Shown piece after piece: positions 14,434-23,858 of a stretch of DNA of 34,051 nt. The DNA comes from Longimicrobium sp. (GTDB lineage: Bacteria > Gemmatimonadota > Gemmatimonadetes > Longimicrobiales > Longimicrobiaceae). The stretch lies in assembly GCA_035715345.1 (NCBI GenBank), contig DASTLD010000480.1, positions 1-34,051 on the forward strand. The letters are read 5' to 3'. How positions within the stretch are numbered: the first letter of the stretch is position 1; each line of letters opens with the position of its first letter. The notes below the pieces were generated by a model. The model was not told where the DNA came from. It saw only the letters and a program-made list of their open reading frames with translations, and did not search any database. The translations under genes were made by a program, and so were the position numbers.

Positions 14434-17355
14434 ATGGCCTTCGAGAAGCGCCCCTTCCGCGACCTGTACGAGTCCATGGCGGCGGACCTGCGCCGCCGCA
14501 CCGCCGAGCTGACCGACTTCGAGGAGGGCAGCGTCGTCCGCTCGCTCTTCGAGAGCGTCTCGGTGGAGATGGCGCTGCTCTACGAGCAGATGGACCTGGT
14601 CTACCAGTCCGGCTTCGTGGACACCGCCACCGGGCCCAACCTGGACCGCGTGGTGGCCGTGCTGGGCATCACCCGCAACGAGCCGGACTTCGCCACCGGC
14701 GAGGTGACCTTCGAGCGCGACCCGGGCGCCACGCAGGAGATCACCATCCCCGTGGGCACGCTGGTGACCACGGAGGAGAACCCCGAGAAGAAGCCGGTCA
14801 AGAAGGCGTACCTGACCCGCGAGGAGGGCCGCCTGCGCGCGGGCGACACGGCGGTGGACGTCAAGGTGCAGGCGGAGGAGCGCGGCGCCGACCTGTTCAC
14901 CGAGAGCGAGACGGTGGTGGTCATGCCGCGGCCGGTGCCGGGCATCAAGACGGTGCACAACAAGCGGCCCATCCGCTTCCTGGGCCGCGGCCGCGAGACG
15001 GACGAGGAGCTGCGCGACCGCGCCAAGAAGGCGCTGCTCGCCTCCGGCCGCGCGAGCGCCACCGCCATCGAGAACGCGCTGCTGGCCCTGCCCTACGTCC
15101 GCGGGGTGCGCGTGCGCGAGAGCTTTCCCGCCACCACGCTGGGCGACCCCGCGCCGGACGCCCCGCCCGCCCGCGGCCGCGGCGAGGTGGACGTCTTCGT
15201 GGACGGCCTGCGCTCCGACAACTACGACCGCCTGCGCGACCGCGTGAACGAGGTGCGCGCCGCCGGCGTGTACGTGCGGCTGATGCCCGCCGTGGCCATC
15301 AACACGCAGGTCACGCTGCGCATCACGGCGGACCCGGCGGTCACGCGCGACCAGGTGCCCGTGCTCGAGCGCAACGTGCGCGACCGGGTGATCGACTTCA
15401 TGGACCGCCTGCGCATGGGCAACCCCCTGCTCTTCTCGCAGCTCACCCGCGAGGTGCTGAACGTCAAGGGCGTCACGGACCTGGCGGACTTCCGCGTGGT
15501 CACCTTCCGCGAGGGGCTGCAGGAGGCCACCGGCGCCGTCACGCTGACGCGTGCACGGGCGGTGGATGCGAACCTCCCCATCCCCCGCGGCACGCTGCTC
15601 ACCACCACGCGGCCGGACGCGGGGGGCGCCGAGCCGCTGCTGTTCGAGGTGGTGGGCCCCGTGCCCGCGGAGGGGCAGGCGCAGAAGGAGGAGGACGTGC
15701 TGCTGCCCGCGGGCCAGGCGCAGGCGCGCGTGACCGTCCGCGCCACGCGCACCGGGCGGGGTGGCGAGCTGCTGCGCACCGGCAGCGCCGCGCTCTGGGA
15801 GCCGGTGCGGCTGGGCGACACGGTGCTGGCCGTGGTCAACGACGCGCCGCTGCGCCTGCCGCGCGAGGTGTGGACGCCGGAGATGAAGCAGGTGCCGGCG
15901 CGGCTGGAGGAGCGCTTCTCCGCGGACCTGGTGCGCGCCGCGGCGGAGCCCAAGCCGCTGGACGTGCAGGTGCAGGTGGCGCTGGCCATCCCCACCGCCG
16001 CCGCGCAGGAGGCCGCGCTCAAGGCCGCCGCGGACGCGGTCGTGGACGCCGGCAAGGACGCGGAGGCGGGGCTCGCGGCCGCACTCAAGCCGCTGACGGA
16101 CGTGCTGGCGGCGGCCAGGAGCGGCGGCAATGCGCTGGGCCTGGCGCTGGACGAGCAGGCGCGGACGGACGTGGCGAAGGTGCTGGCGGCGTTCGGCCGC
16201 GCCCTGCGCCGGGCGGCGGAGCCCGCGTTGCGCGCCCGCATGGCGGACCCGCGCCCCGGCGCGGAGGGCGACGCCCTGCGCGACGCCGTCGTGACGGCGG
16301 TGCGCGCCTACTTCGCCTCGCTGCTCCCCGCCCCGCCCGCCGCGGACGGCGAGGACGGCGGCGCGGCGGAGAAGCCGGCGGCCGTGGCGGCGCGTCCCGT
16401 GATCGAGGTGGAGGTGCTGGCGCGGGTGGAGGCGGCCATCCGCGCCACCCTGGGCGCCGACGCGCCCGAGACCCGCATCGCGGCGGACCTGGGGGCGGCG
16501 CTGGGGCCGGCGGTGGCGGAGGCGGGCGCGGCAGCGCTGGCGGACTTTCCCGCCGCGGAGCTGGAGCGCGTGCTGCGCGACGCGGTGGACCGCGTGATCG
16601 CCGCGCGCATCCAGGCGGAGACGGACGCCGTGACGAAGGCTTCGCGGGAGCTGGCGGACGCCACCACGGCGCTGGGCAAGGCCGCCGGCGACCCCGCCGG
16701 CGACGCGTACAGGCAGGCCCAGGCCAGGGCCGACACCGCGCGGGCCAGCTTCGAGACCATCCGGCGCGACGCGGAGGACGTGCAGGGCGCCGCCGGGCGC
16801 GCCGCCGACGCCGCGTCCCGGGCGGTGCCCGCCGCGGTGGCCGCGCTGCGGGCAAAGGTGGAGGAGGCCATCGCCGCCGCGGCCAGGCCGGCCGCGCTGG
16901 CCGCGAAGGTCCTGCCGGCGCTGAAAGGGGGGGCGTTCGAGACCCGCGTGCGGCTGCGCGCGCTGACCTTCGACGGGGCACTGCTGAGCGACGCGCCCTG
17001 GCTGGAGCCCGGCTTCGTGGAGCAGGCCACGGCGCGCACCGTGTTCGTCTACACGCGCGAGCTGGAGCTGGCGGGCACCATCGCCCTCAGCCTGCCGCTG
17101 ACGGCGACGGACGCGGACAAGCGCGAGATCCGGAAGCAGGTGCGCCAGTCCGTGGCGGACTACGTGGACGGGCTGGAGCCGGAGGAGAACGTGGACCTGG
17201 CGCGCGTGGAGGAGCTGTCGCGCGGGCACGACCGGGTGCTGGGCGCGGCGTTCACCCCCGCGCCGGCGCTGGAGCCGCGCATCCGGGGCGGCGCGGTGGA
17301 CGTGGCGGCGTGGGAAAAGGCGGTGGTGCGCGACTCCCTGCTCATCCAGGGATAA
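14434..17355 (+). CDS. Baseplate J/gp47-like wedge protein, enlarged (973 aa)
   Basis: LTDFEEGSVVRSLFE, GFVDTATGPNLDRVV..LGITR....ATGEVTF, IPVGTLV, G...ETDEELR.R, RAAGV motifs. Carries an extra beta domain and an Ala-rich helical insert. Confidence 0.93.
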   Translation: MAFEKRPFRDLYESMAADLRRRTAELTDFEEGSVVRSLFESVSVEMALLYEQMDLVYQSGFVDTATGPNLDRVVAVLGITRNEPDFATGEVTFERDPGATQEITIPVGTLVTTEENPEKKPVKKAYLTREEGRLRAGDTAVDVKVQAEERGADLFTESETVVVMPRPVPGIKTVHNKRPIRFLGRGRETDEELRDRAKKALLASGRASATAIENALLALPYVRGVRVRESFPATTLGDPAPDAPPARGRGEVDVFVDGLRSDNYDRLRDRVNEVRAAGVYVRLMPAVAINTQVTLRITADPAVTRDQVPVLERNVRDRVIDFMDRLRMGNPLLFSQLTREVLNVKGVTDLADFRVVTFREGLQEATGAVTLTRARAVDANLPIPRGTLLTTTRPDAGGAEPLLFEVVGPVPAEGQAQKEEDVLLPAGQAQARVTVRATRTGRGGELLRTGSAALWEPVRLGDTVLAVVNDAPLRLPREVWTPEMKQVPARLEERFSADLVRAAAEPKPLDVQVQVALAIPTAAAQEAALKAAADAVVDAGKDAEAGLAAALKPLTDVLAAARSGGNALGLALDEQARTDVAKVLAAFGRALRRAAEPALRARMADPRPGAEGDALRDAVVTAVRAYFASLLPAPPAADGEDGGAAEKPAAVAARPVIEVEVLARVEAAIRATLGADAPETRIAADLGAALGPAVAEAGAAALADFPAAELERVLRDAVDRVIAARIQAETDAVTKASRELADATTALGKAAGDPAGDAYRQAQARADTARASFETIRRDAEDVQGAAGRAADAASRAVPAAVAALRAKVEEAIAAAARPAALAAKVLPALKGGAFETRVRLRALTFDGALLSDAPWLEPGFVEQATARTVFVYTRELELAGTIALSLPLTATDADKREIRKQVRQSVADYVDGLEPEENVDLARVEELSRGHDRVLGAAFTPAPALEPRIRGGAVDVAAWEKAVVRDSLLIQG

Positions 17356-17364
17356 GGCCCCGCC

Positions 17365-19524
17365 ATGGACGCGCTGACCGGCAAGGGACGCGGCATCCTG
17401 CTCCGCCTCCCCCACTTCTTCGACCCCGAACAGGCGGGGCCGCTGCTGCTGGACGTGGTGGACGCGTTCGGCCGCGGCCTGGAGCGCGCCGAGGGCGACC
17501 TGTACGAGGTGCTGCGGTCGCACCACGTGGAGACGGCGGAGAACGAGGCCGCCGGGGGATACACGGCGCCGCTGGAGAAGCGCGGCGACCTGGACAAGAT
17601 CCTGTCGCTGTACCTGGAGGTGCTGGGCGGCACCAGCCACCTGGTCAAGGTCAGCCCCGCCTTTACCCCCCGCTCCATCGACGCGCGGCGGCTGGCGGCG
17701 GCGCTGGCGGAGCCGGACTCGTCGCACCCGCTGCGGCCCTACCTGCGGCGCCGGTTCGCCAGGCGCACCTGGGAGCTGGTGCTGGCCTTCCGCGTGGAGC
17801 GCACGCGCATCACCGACGCCGAGGTGCGCGCCGGGCTGGTGATGGAGCTGCTGCTGGAGCGCTCGCCCGTCGCGTCGTACATCGTCCCCCGGCTGGCGGA
17901 GGAGACGCGCGCGCTGCTGGGCCGGCACCGCGGCGGGGCGGAGGTGGACCCGCGCCTGGCCGCCGCGCTGCGGCGCGACCTGAACGACCGCGTGCTGCCG
18001 GACCCCGGCCTGTACCGCGCGCTCTGGCCCTGGTGGGAGGAGCGCGCCCTGCCGGAGGCCGCGCGGGCGCTGCGGGCCGGCATCTTCGGCGCGTTCCTGC
18101 GCGGGCGGCTGGCGGCGCCCGACCCCACGGAGGCGGAGCGGGCGCTGCCGGACGCGCGGCGCGGGGCGCTGGCGGCGGACCTGGCGGGTGCGGACCCGGC
18201 CCCCGTGCCCGCCGGCGACGACCTGCGCCGGCTGAACCGCCTGCTGCTGGAGACGGCGTGGGCGTGGGACCCCGCCGCCCGACCCTGGGGGCTGCGCCCG
18301 CGCGGCATTCCGCTGCTGGCGCTGCCGCGCGGCGCCCCCGCCGCGGGACCCGTGCGCGCGGTGCGCGAGGCGCTGGTGGCGGAGCTCAACCGGCTGCTGG
18401 ACGACCCGGGGCTGGCCGCGCCGGAGCGCTTTCCCGAGCTGGCGGAGGAGCTGCCCGCGCTCCGACGCCGCTTCCGCGGGCAGACGGCCTGGCTCAACCG
18501 CGTGCTGCTGGAGGCGGCGTTCCCGCGCAGCATCGAGCGCAGCTACAAGCCGTACCGCGAGCGGCTGCTGGGGCTGATCCAGGTGCTGCGGCGCGGCGCC
18601 AGCACCCCGCGCGGCATCCTGGACATCGTGGCCGCCAACCTGGGCATCGTGGGCGACGGGCCGGAGGTGGAGGCGGCGCGCGCGCTGATCCAGGTGCAGG
18701 AGTTCGACCCGCGCCAGAAGGCCTTCTTCGAGGGGCAGGTGGGCTTCTGGGACGTGTTCGCCATCACCAGCGACAACCCCGGGGCCTCCGCCCCGCGGGT
18801 GCAGGTCACGGTGCTGGACCAGGACGGGATCGAGCTGGCCAACCTGCGCCTGCGCGACGAGCGCACGGACCACGCGGTGCTCTACCCCGGCCGCCTGCGC
18901 GCCGGCGACGAGCTGCTGCTGGAGGGCGGCGGCGTGCTGCTGAACGGCGTCGCGCCCCCCAAGGCGCTGCTGGGGACGGTGCCGGAGCTGCCGCGCGGCA
19001 CCAGCCGCTGGAAGCTGGACGCGGACGTGGTGGTCTTCGGCGCGGAGGCGGGCGCGGAGCGCGGGGTGCCGGTGGGCCGCTTCGACATGCCGGTGGGGGC
19101 CACCTTCGACGGCGCCGCGCTGGCGCCGGAGGGGCCGATCGCGAAGGTGGAGGTCTTCTCCTACCGCCACACGCCCGGCGTCTTCAAGGTCGTGATCCCG
19201 TGGAACATCCCCGGCTTCACGGACAAGTTCGACGCCGAGGACCACCCCCGGCAGCAGATCCTGCCGCTGGTCAACCGCGTCAAGGCGGCGGGCGTGCAGG
19301 CGCTGGTGGCCTACCGCGAGGTGTTCGCGGAGACGCACGACGTGGACGAGGCGCTGCGGCTGAAGGTGTCCGGCCGCCTGCTGGCGGAGGCGCACGACGC
19401 CGCGGACGACTACCGCTTCTTCAGCCGCCAGACCGCCGCGGAAGACCAGGGCCAGCAGGACGCGCTGGTCGTGAACGGCGTGTTCGACTACACCACCTTC
19501 GACAGCCTGAACACCTTTGCCTGA
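17365..19524 (+). CDS. Baseplate wedge partner, P2 gpI / Mu gp48-like with insertions (719 aa)
   Basis: Follows baseplate J. Motifs LP.FF, LRSHHVETA...DLDKI, YRERL...........TPRGI, VNRVKAAGV...Y.E, and C-terminal FDYTTFD. Confidence 0.72.
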   Translation: MDALTGKGRGILLRLPHFFDPEQAGPLLLDVVDAFGRGLERAEGDLYEVLRSHHVETAENEAAGGYTAPLEKRGDLDKILSLYLEVLGGTSHLVKVSPAFTPRSIDARRLAAALAEPDSSHPLRPYLRRRFARRTWELVLAFRVERTRITDAEVRAGLVMELLLERSPVASYIVPRLAEETRALLGRHRGGAEVDPRLAAALRRDLNDRVLPDPGLYRALWPWWEERALPEAARALRAGIFGAFLRGRLAAPDPTEAERALPDARRGALAADLAGADPAPVPAGDDLRRLNRLLLETAWAWDPAARPWGLRPRGIPLLALPRGAPAAGPVRAVREALVAELNRLLDDPGLAAPERFPELAEELPALRRRFRGQTAWLNRVLLEAAFPRSIERSYKPYRERLLGLIQVLRRGASTPRGILDIVAANLGIVGDGPEVEAARALIQVQEFDPRQKAFFEGQVGFWDVFAITSDNPGASAPRVQVTVLDQDGIELANLRLRDERTDHAVLYPGRLRAGDELLLEGGGVLLNGVAPPKALLGTVPELPRGTSRWKLDADVVVFGAEAGAERGVPVGRFDMPVGATFDGAALAPEGPIAKVEVFSYRHTPGVFKVVIPWNIPGFTDKFDAEDHPRQQILPLVNRVKAAGVQALVAYREVFAETHDVDEALRLKVSGRLLAEAHDAADDYRFFSRQTAAEDQGQQDALVVNGVFDYTTFDSLNTFA

Positions 19525-19539
19525 GAGGAAGACCCGCCC

Positions 19540-20007
19540 ATGAGCCTGCACGAGCGCCAGGACATCACCGGCCGGCTGACCCTGCGGCTGCACGCGCCCG
19601 ACGGCCGCGTGGCGCGCGAGCAGACGGCGAGCAACGAGATCACGCCGCAGGGCCGCGCGCTGGTGGCGCAGCTCTTCAACCGCGACATGGCCGCCACGCC
19701 CATCGCCCGCGTCAGCCAGATCGGGCTGGGCCGCAACGGCGAGAAGCTGAAGGCCGGCGGCACCACGCTGAACGAGCCCATCGGCATGACGCCGGTGCGC
19801 AGCATCGAGCAGGTGCCGCGCCAGCCGAACGAGACGCGCACGGTGCTGCGCCTGACCGGCGAGCTGGCGGAGAAGGAGATGAACGGGGTGCTGCAGGAGG
19901 CCGGCCTCTTCACCGAGGACGGGGTGATGTACAACCGCGTCACCTTTGCGCCGATCAGCAAGTCCGAGCAGTTCAAGCTCACGCTGGTGTGGGAGATCAC
20001 CTTCTAG
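19540..20007 (+). CDS. Tail-fibre attachment/collar protein (P2 gpH N-terminal / DUF3751-like, 155 aa)
   Basis: N.IT.QGR.L.A...IGLG...L.EAGLF...G.MYNRV.F.PI.K....LTL.WEITF pattern. Directly upstream of the fibre gene. Confidence 0.72.
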   Translation: MSLHERQDITGRLTLRLHAPDGRVAREQTASNEITPQGRALVAQLFNRDMAATPIARVSQIGLGRNGEKLKAGGTTLNEPIGMTPVRSIEQVPRQPNETRTVLRLTGELAEKEMNGVLQEAGLFTEDGVMYNRVTFAPISKSEQFKLTLVWEITF

Positions 20008-20022
20008 CCGCGCGCTGCACAC

Positions 20023-22260
20023 ATGGCATTCACGTACCTGGAAAAGACCCCCGGCGAGCTGATCCGCTCCGCCGACTGGAACGCGGTGGGGATGGAGGTG
20101 GCCCGCCTGGGCGGCGACAAGGTGGACCGCGCCGGCGGCGACACCATCAACGGCTCCCTGGGCGTCCGCGGCGACTTCACCGTGGGCGCGGCGAACAAGG
20201 GCGCCGGGCTGCGCATCTTCAAGAAGCAGGAGGACGGCACCGCGGCGGACCACGGCGCCGTGGTGCTGGGCACCGACGGCGACGCCAGCGCCCGCCTGCA
20301 CCTGGGCTACGCCGGTCCGTACTCGTGGATCCAGTCCCAGGGCAAGCCCACCCTGGCGCTCAACCCGCGCGGCGGCAGCGTGGGCGTGGGCACGGAGGCG
20401 CCGCAGGACCGGCTTCACGTGCACGGGGCGCTACGCATCCTCTCCGACTCCAACCCGGTGCGCTTCACCAGCGGCTGGAGCGGCTTTCCGGACGCGGCGC
20501 CCAACCAGGCGGAGATCGCCAACGACACGGGGACGTACAAGACGCTGATGCTGGTGGGCAACCGGTCCGCGGGCGGTCCGCGGCGCGTCTCCGTGTGGGA
20601 CCGGCTGGAGGTGAACGGCACCCTGGCCGTCACGGGCGATGCCGGCGTCGGCGGCGCTTTCTCCACCGCCGGCGCGGCCACGGTGGGCGGGCGGCTGACG
20701 GCGGGCGGCGGCGCGGCGGTCACCGGCCCGCTGTCCGCCACCGGCGACGCCAGCCTGGGGGCCAACGCCACCGTCGGGGGCGCGCTCTCCTTCGGCGAGC
20801 GCGGCGGGCAGCACGTGAACCTGTGGCGCACCGGCTACGGCATCGGCATCCAGGGCTCCACGCAGTACTACCGCAGCGACGCGCACTTCGCCTGGTTCCG
20901 CGGCGGCGCGCACCACAACGACACCTTCAACCCCGGCCCCAACGGCGCCGCGCTGATGGTGCTGCGCGCGGACGGCGCGCTGGGCGTGGGCACCGCCACG
21001 CCGGCGGCGCGGCTGCACGTGGCCGGCGGCGCCATCCGCGTGGACGCCGGCCAGGAGCTGATGTTCGCGGACAACGGCCAGATCCGCAGCGCGGACGACA
21101 ACCACCGCATCCTCTTCCGCCGCTCGGAGAACAAGCTGGAGCTGCGCGAGCACGGCGACATCGTCTTCTCGCCGGGCGCCACCGCCGGGGCGGAGACGGC
21201 GCGGATGGTGGTGAACGCCGCCGGCAGCGTGGGGATCGGCACCGCGGCACCGCAGGACCGGCTGGACGTGGCCGGCCGGGTGCGCATCGGCAGCAACGCC
21301 AGCCCCATCCAGATCGGCGGCGACGGCCACACCGGGTTCGTGAACGGGAACGCGCGCCAGGCGGAGATCAGCAACGACGTCGACGGCTACAAGACGCTGA
21401 TGATCCTGGGCAACTCGTCCGCGGGGATGGGCCGGCGCGTGTCCGTCTGGGACCGGCTGGAGGTCAACGGCATGCTGGTCGCCAACGGCGCGCAGGTCAA
21501 CGGCACGGTGGAGTCGCTGGCGGACACCGTGATGGGGAACGGCGTGGGCAAGCGCTTCATCCTCCACACGCGCACCAACGGGGGCGGCGACTTCCTGCAG
21601 CTGACCACCGACGACGGCGCGGGCAACTGGCAGTGGCACCAGGGCCTCACCTTCCGCCGGGCCACCGGCAACGTGGGCATCTCCAACGTCGACCCGCAGG
21701 ACCGGCTGCACGTCAACGGCACCGTGCGCATCCTGGGCGACACCAACCCCCTCCGCTTCACCAGCACCTGGAGCGGCTTCCCGGACCCGGTCAAGCACCA
21801 GGCGGAGATCTGCAACGACACCACCGGGCACAAGACGCTGATGCTCGTGGGCAACCAGTCCGCGGGGATGGGCCGGCGCGTCTCCGTCTGGGACCGCTTC
21901 GAGGTGAACGGCACCTTCGTGAACAACTCCGACGCCCGCTTCAAGCGCAACTTCCGCAAGCTCACCGGCGCGCTGGGCTCCGTGCTGCGGCTGGAGGGGC
22001 TGCGCTACGACCTGCGGCCGGAGGACGGCGGCCCGTCGGCGGAGCACCAGAAGGACCACATCGGCTTCGTCGCGCAGCAGGTGCGCGAGGTGTGCCCGGA
22101 GCTGGTGAGCCACGACCCCGCGCAGGACCGCTACTACCTGAACTACCTGGGCATCGTCCCGCTGCTGGTGGAGGCGGTCAAGGAGCTGCGCACCGGCATG
22201 GAGGCGGAGCTGGCGGCGGCGCGCGCGCGCATCGCCGCGCTGGAGGGCGGCGCCGCATGA
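20023..22260 (+). CDS. Tail fibre 1 with C-terminal intramolecular chaperone (Peptidase S74) (745 aa)
   Basis: Repeated GxVGIGT..P..RLHV.G fibre joints. Three copies of the AEI.ND....KTLM..GN.S....RRVSVWDR.EVNG module. SDARFKRN...IGFVAQQV.EV.PELV...LNY.GI.PLLVEAVKEL chaperone from 21928. Confidence 0.92.
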   Translation: MAFTYLEKTPGELIRSADWNAVGMEVARLGGDKVDRAGGDTINGSLGVRGDFTVGAANKGAGLRIFKKQEDGTAADHGAVVLGTDGDASARLHLGYAGPYSWIQSQGKPTLALNPRGGSVGVGTEAPQDRLHVHGALRILSDSNPVRFTSGWSGFPDAAPNQAEIANDTGTYKTLMLVGNRSAGGPRRVSVWDRLEVNGTLAVTGDAGVGGAFSTAGAATVGGRLTAGGGAAVTGPLSATGDASLGANATVGGALSFGERGGQHVNLWRTGYGIGIQGSTQYYRSDAHFAWFRGGAHHNDTFNPGPNGAALMVLRADGALGVGTATPAARLHVAGGAIRVDAGQELMFADNGQIRSADDNHRILFRRSENKLELREHGDIVFSPGATAGAETARMVVNAAGSVGIGTAAPQDRLDVAGRVRIGSNASPIQIGGDGHTGFVNGNARQAEISNDVDGYKTLMILGNSSAGMGRRVSVWDRLEVNGMLVANGAQVNGTVESLADTVMGNGVGKRFILHTRTNGGGDFLQLTTDDGAGNWQWHQGLTFRRATGNVGISNVDPQDRLHVNGTVRILGDTNPLRFTSTWSGFPDPVKHQAEICNDTTGHKTLMLVGNQSAGMGRRVSVWDRFEVNGTFVNNSDARFKRNFRKLTGALGSVLRLEGLRYDLRPEDGGPSAEHQKDHIGFVAQQVREVCPELVSHDPAQDRYYLNYLGIVPLLVEAVKELRTGMEAELAAARARIAALEGGAA
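20779..20964 (+). repeat. 186-bp direct repeat, copy 1 (fibre 1)
   Basis: Identical to 24969-25154 except one base (20870 A vs 25060 T). Confidence 0.92.
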
Positions 22261-22297
22261 GCGGGCCGCATCACCCCCATTCACCTGCGTGAGTACG

Positions 22298-22543
22298 ATG
22301 AAAGACAAGCTGCAGGCGCGCGTGGACGCGCTCCGTTCCGAGTTCGAGCAGGGCGAGAAGATGATGGAGGAGCTGCGCGGCCGGCAGGCGGAGCTGCGCG
22401 ACACGCTGCTGCGCATCAGCGGCGCCATCCAGGTGCTGGAAGAGGAGCTGCGCGCGCTGGACGACGACGGGCTGGGGAACGCGGGGGATGCGGACGCCCC
22501 CGCGCCGGACCTGCCCCGCCCCGAGACGCTGGCCGCGGACTGA
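22298..22543 (+). CDS. Small coiled-coil protein (81 aa)
   Basis: MKDKLQARVDALRSEFEQG...LRDTLLRISGAIQVLEE heptad pattern. I recall similar small proteins beside fibres in eCIS-like loci (unverified). Confidence 0.75.
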   Translation: MKDKLQARVDALRSEFEQGEKMMEELRGRQAELRDTLLRISGAIQVLEEELRALDDDGLGNAGDADAPAPDLPRPETLAAD

Positions 22544-22550
22544 GCGGGCC

Positions 22551-23612
22551 ATGATCCAGCCGCTGATCGACGCGGCCGCCGCCGCCCTGCGCGAGCAGCT
22601 CGGCGCGGTGCTGCCGGAGCCGGAGCGGCGCGTGGCCGTGGGGCCCGCGCCGGAGCCGGACGCCGGCGGGCTGCCGCTGCTGGTGCTCTCGCCGGGGCGC
22701 TTCGAGGTGCGCGCGCCCGGCCGCGAGCCCGGCGCCGGCGAGCCCCGCCCGCGCCCGGTGGCCGAGCGGCTGGCGTGGGACCCCGCCGTTGCCGCGCCGC
22801 TGCCCCTGGCGCACGCGCCGCTGGAGGGCAGCGCGCGCGGGCGCCTGGTGCTGGCCGAGGGCACGGTGGCGGAGACGTCCGAGCTGCTGCTGGAGGGCCA
22901 CGACTTCACCGTGGACCCCGCCGCGCCGTCCGTCGCCTTCCTCCCACCCGCGAAGGCGAAGGCGGACGCGTACGCGGAGCGGCTGGCGGTGCAGGTGCAG
23001 GCGCGCGTGGGCCGCGCCTTCAGCCTGGACAGCCCGGCGGACCTCTCCGCCGCGCTCTTCGGCGACCTGAAGCTGCCGCCGCAGGGGGAGAAGACGGCGT
23101 CGGGCTACTGGTCCACCGCGGCGCCGGTGCTGGACGCGCTGGCGCCGCTGCACCCCGTCGTCCCGCTGGTGCAGGCGTACCGCGCCTTGAAGCGCGGCGC
23201 GCCGCTGCCGGTGGTGCTGGAGTACGCCTTCGCGGGGGTGTTCGCGGTGCGCGAGTTCCAGCAGGCGCTGCTGCTGGACGTGTACGACGCGGACGCGGGC
23301 GGGGTGGAGCGCTGGTCGTCGCTGGCGGCCGGCGTGCTGCTGGCCTACCAGGACGACCTGCTGGCCGCCGCCCGCCGCGACTACGCGTCGCGCAGGTCCG
23401 TCTCCACCGCGCACCACCTGACGCGGCTGGAGCTGGCGGAGGGCACGCCCGACGCCTTCGAGGCCGGCGCGCACGCACGGCTGGCCTTTCGCGTGGGCGG
23501 ACAGCTCGTGCTGGCCCGCGAGGAGCCCGCCAGCCTGGCCACCATCCGCCACGTGCGCGGGCCCGGCACCTTTTCCGACGCGCCCGTGGACGTGCCCGCC
23601 GGCCTGGGCTAG
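22551..23612 (+). CDS. Putative tail terminator/cap-like protein carrying an inserted family-A DNA polymerase thumb subdomain (353 aa)
   Basis: ATG lies 7 bp after the upstream stop. Terminator-like framework (N-terminal helix, GP..P....LP.L.L; ...REFQQ.L.LDVY..D....E..SSL...VL). Internal segment 22974-23192 is PolA-thumb-like. The terminator role is inference. Confidence 0.6.
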   Translation: MIQPLIDAAAAALREQLGAVLPEPERRVAVGPAPEPDAGGLPLLVLSPGRFEVRAPGREPGAGEPRPRPVAERLAWDPAVAAPLPLAHAPLEGSARGRLVLAEGTVAETSELLLEGHDFTVDPAAPSVAFLPPAKAKADAYAERLAVQVQARVGRAFSLDSPADLSAALFGDLKLPPQGEKTASGYWSTAAPVLDALAPLHPVVPLVQAYRALKRGAPLPVVLEYAFAGVFAVREFQQALLLDVYDADAGGVERWSSLAAGVLLAYQDDLLAAARRDYASRRSVSTAHHLTRLELAEGTPDAFEAGAHARLAFRVGGQLVLAREEPASLATIRHVRGPGTFSDAPVDVPAGLG

Positions 23613-23653
23613 GTCCCCGCATCGCCCGCAAGCAGTCTCCCGGACGTCCCGCC

Positions 23654-23694
23654 AGGCGGCCGCGCGAGCAGGAAACGCGCGGCCGCCTCCGTTT
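23654..23694 (+). terminator. Hairpin (possible terminator) between the main operon and fibre 2
   Basis: 13-bp stem AGGCGGCCGCGCG / CGCGCGGCCGCCT followed by CCGTTT. The U-tract is weak. Confidence 0.45.
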
Positions 23695-23858
23695 ACCCTC
23701 GCCATCACCCCGGCCATGACCCTTTCCCCGCGCGCCCGCGGACCGCCCGCCGCGCCCGCGAGCTATCCGTACGACCGCATCCGCGGGGGACCCGCGGCGC
23801 GGACTTCCGCGCGCCGGCGTCCCCCCGCTTCGTTTCCGCATCACACAGGGTGACAGAG

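Noticed and set aside
13693-20424. Very long antisense and alternative-frame ORFs (2243 aa -, 2140 aa +, 1478 aa -, 1445 aa +, 1237 aa -, etc.)
   Set aside because: These are shadow ORFs of high-GC genes. They are Arg/Gly/Ala-rich, lack motifs, and overlap well-supported genes.
22551-23612. Functional DNA polymerase I or polA pseudogene
   Set aside because: Only the thumb segment is present, in frame within an unrelated intact ORF. There are no exonuclease, palm or fingers motifs nearby.
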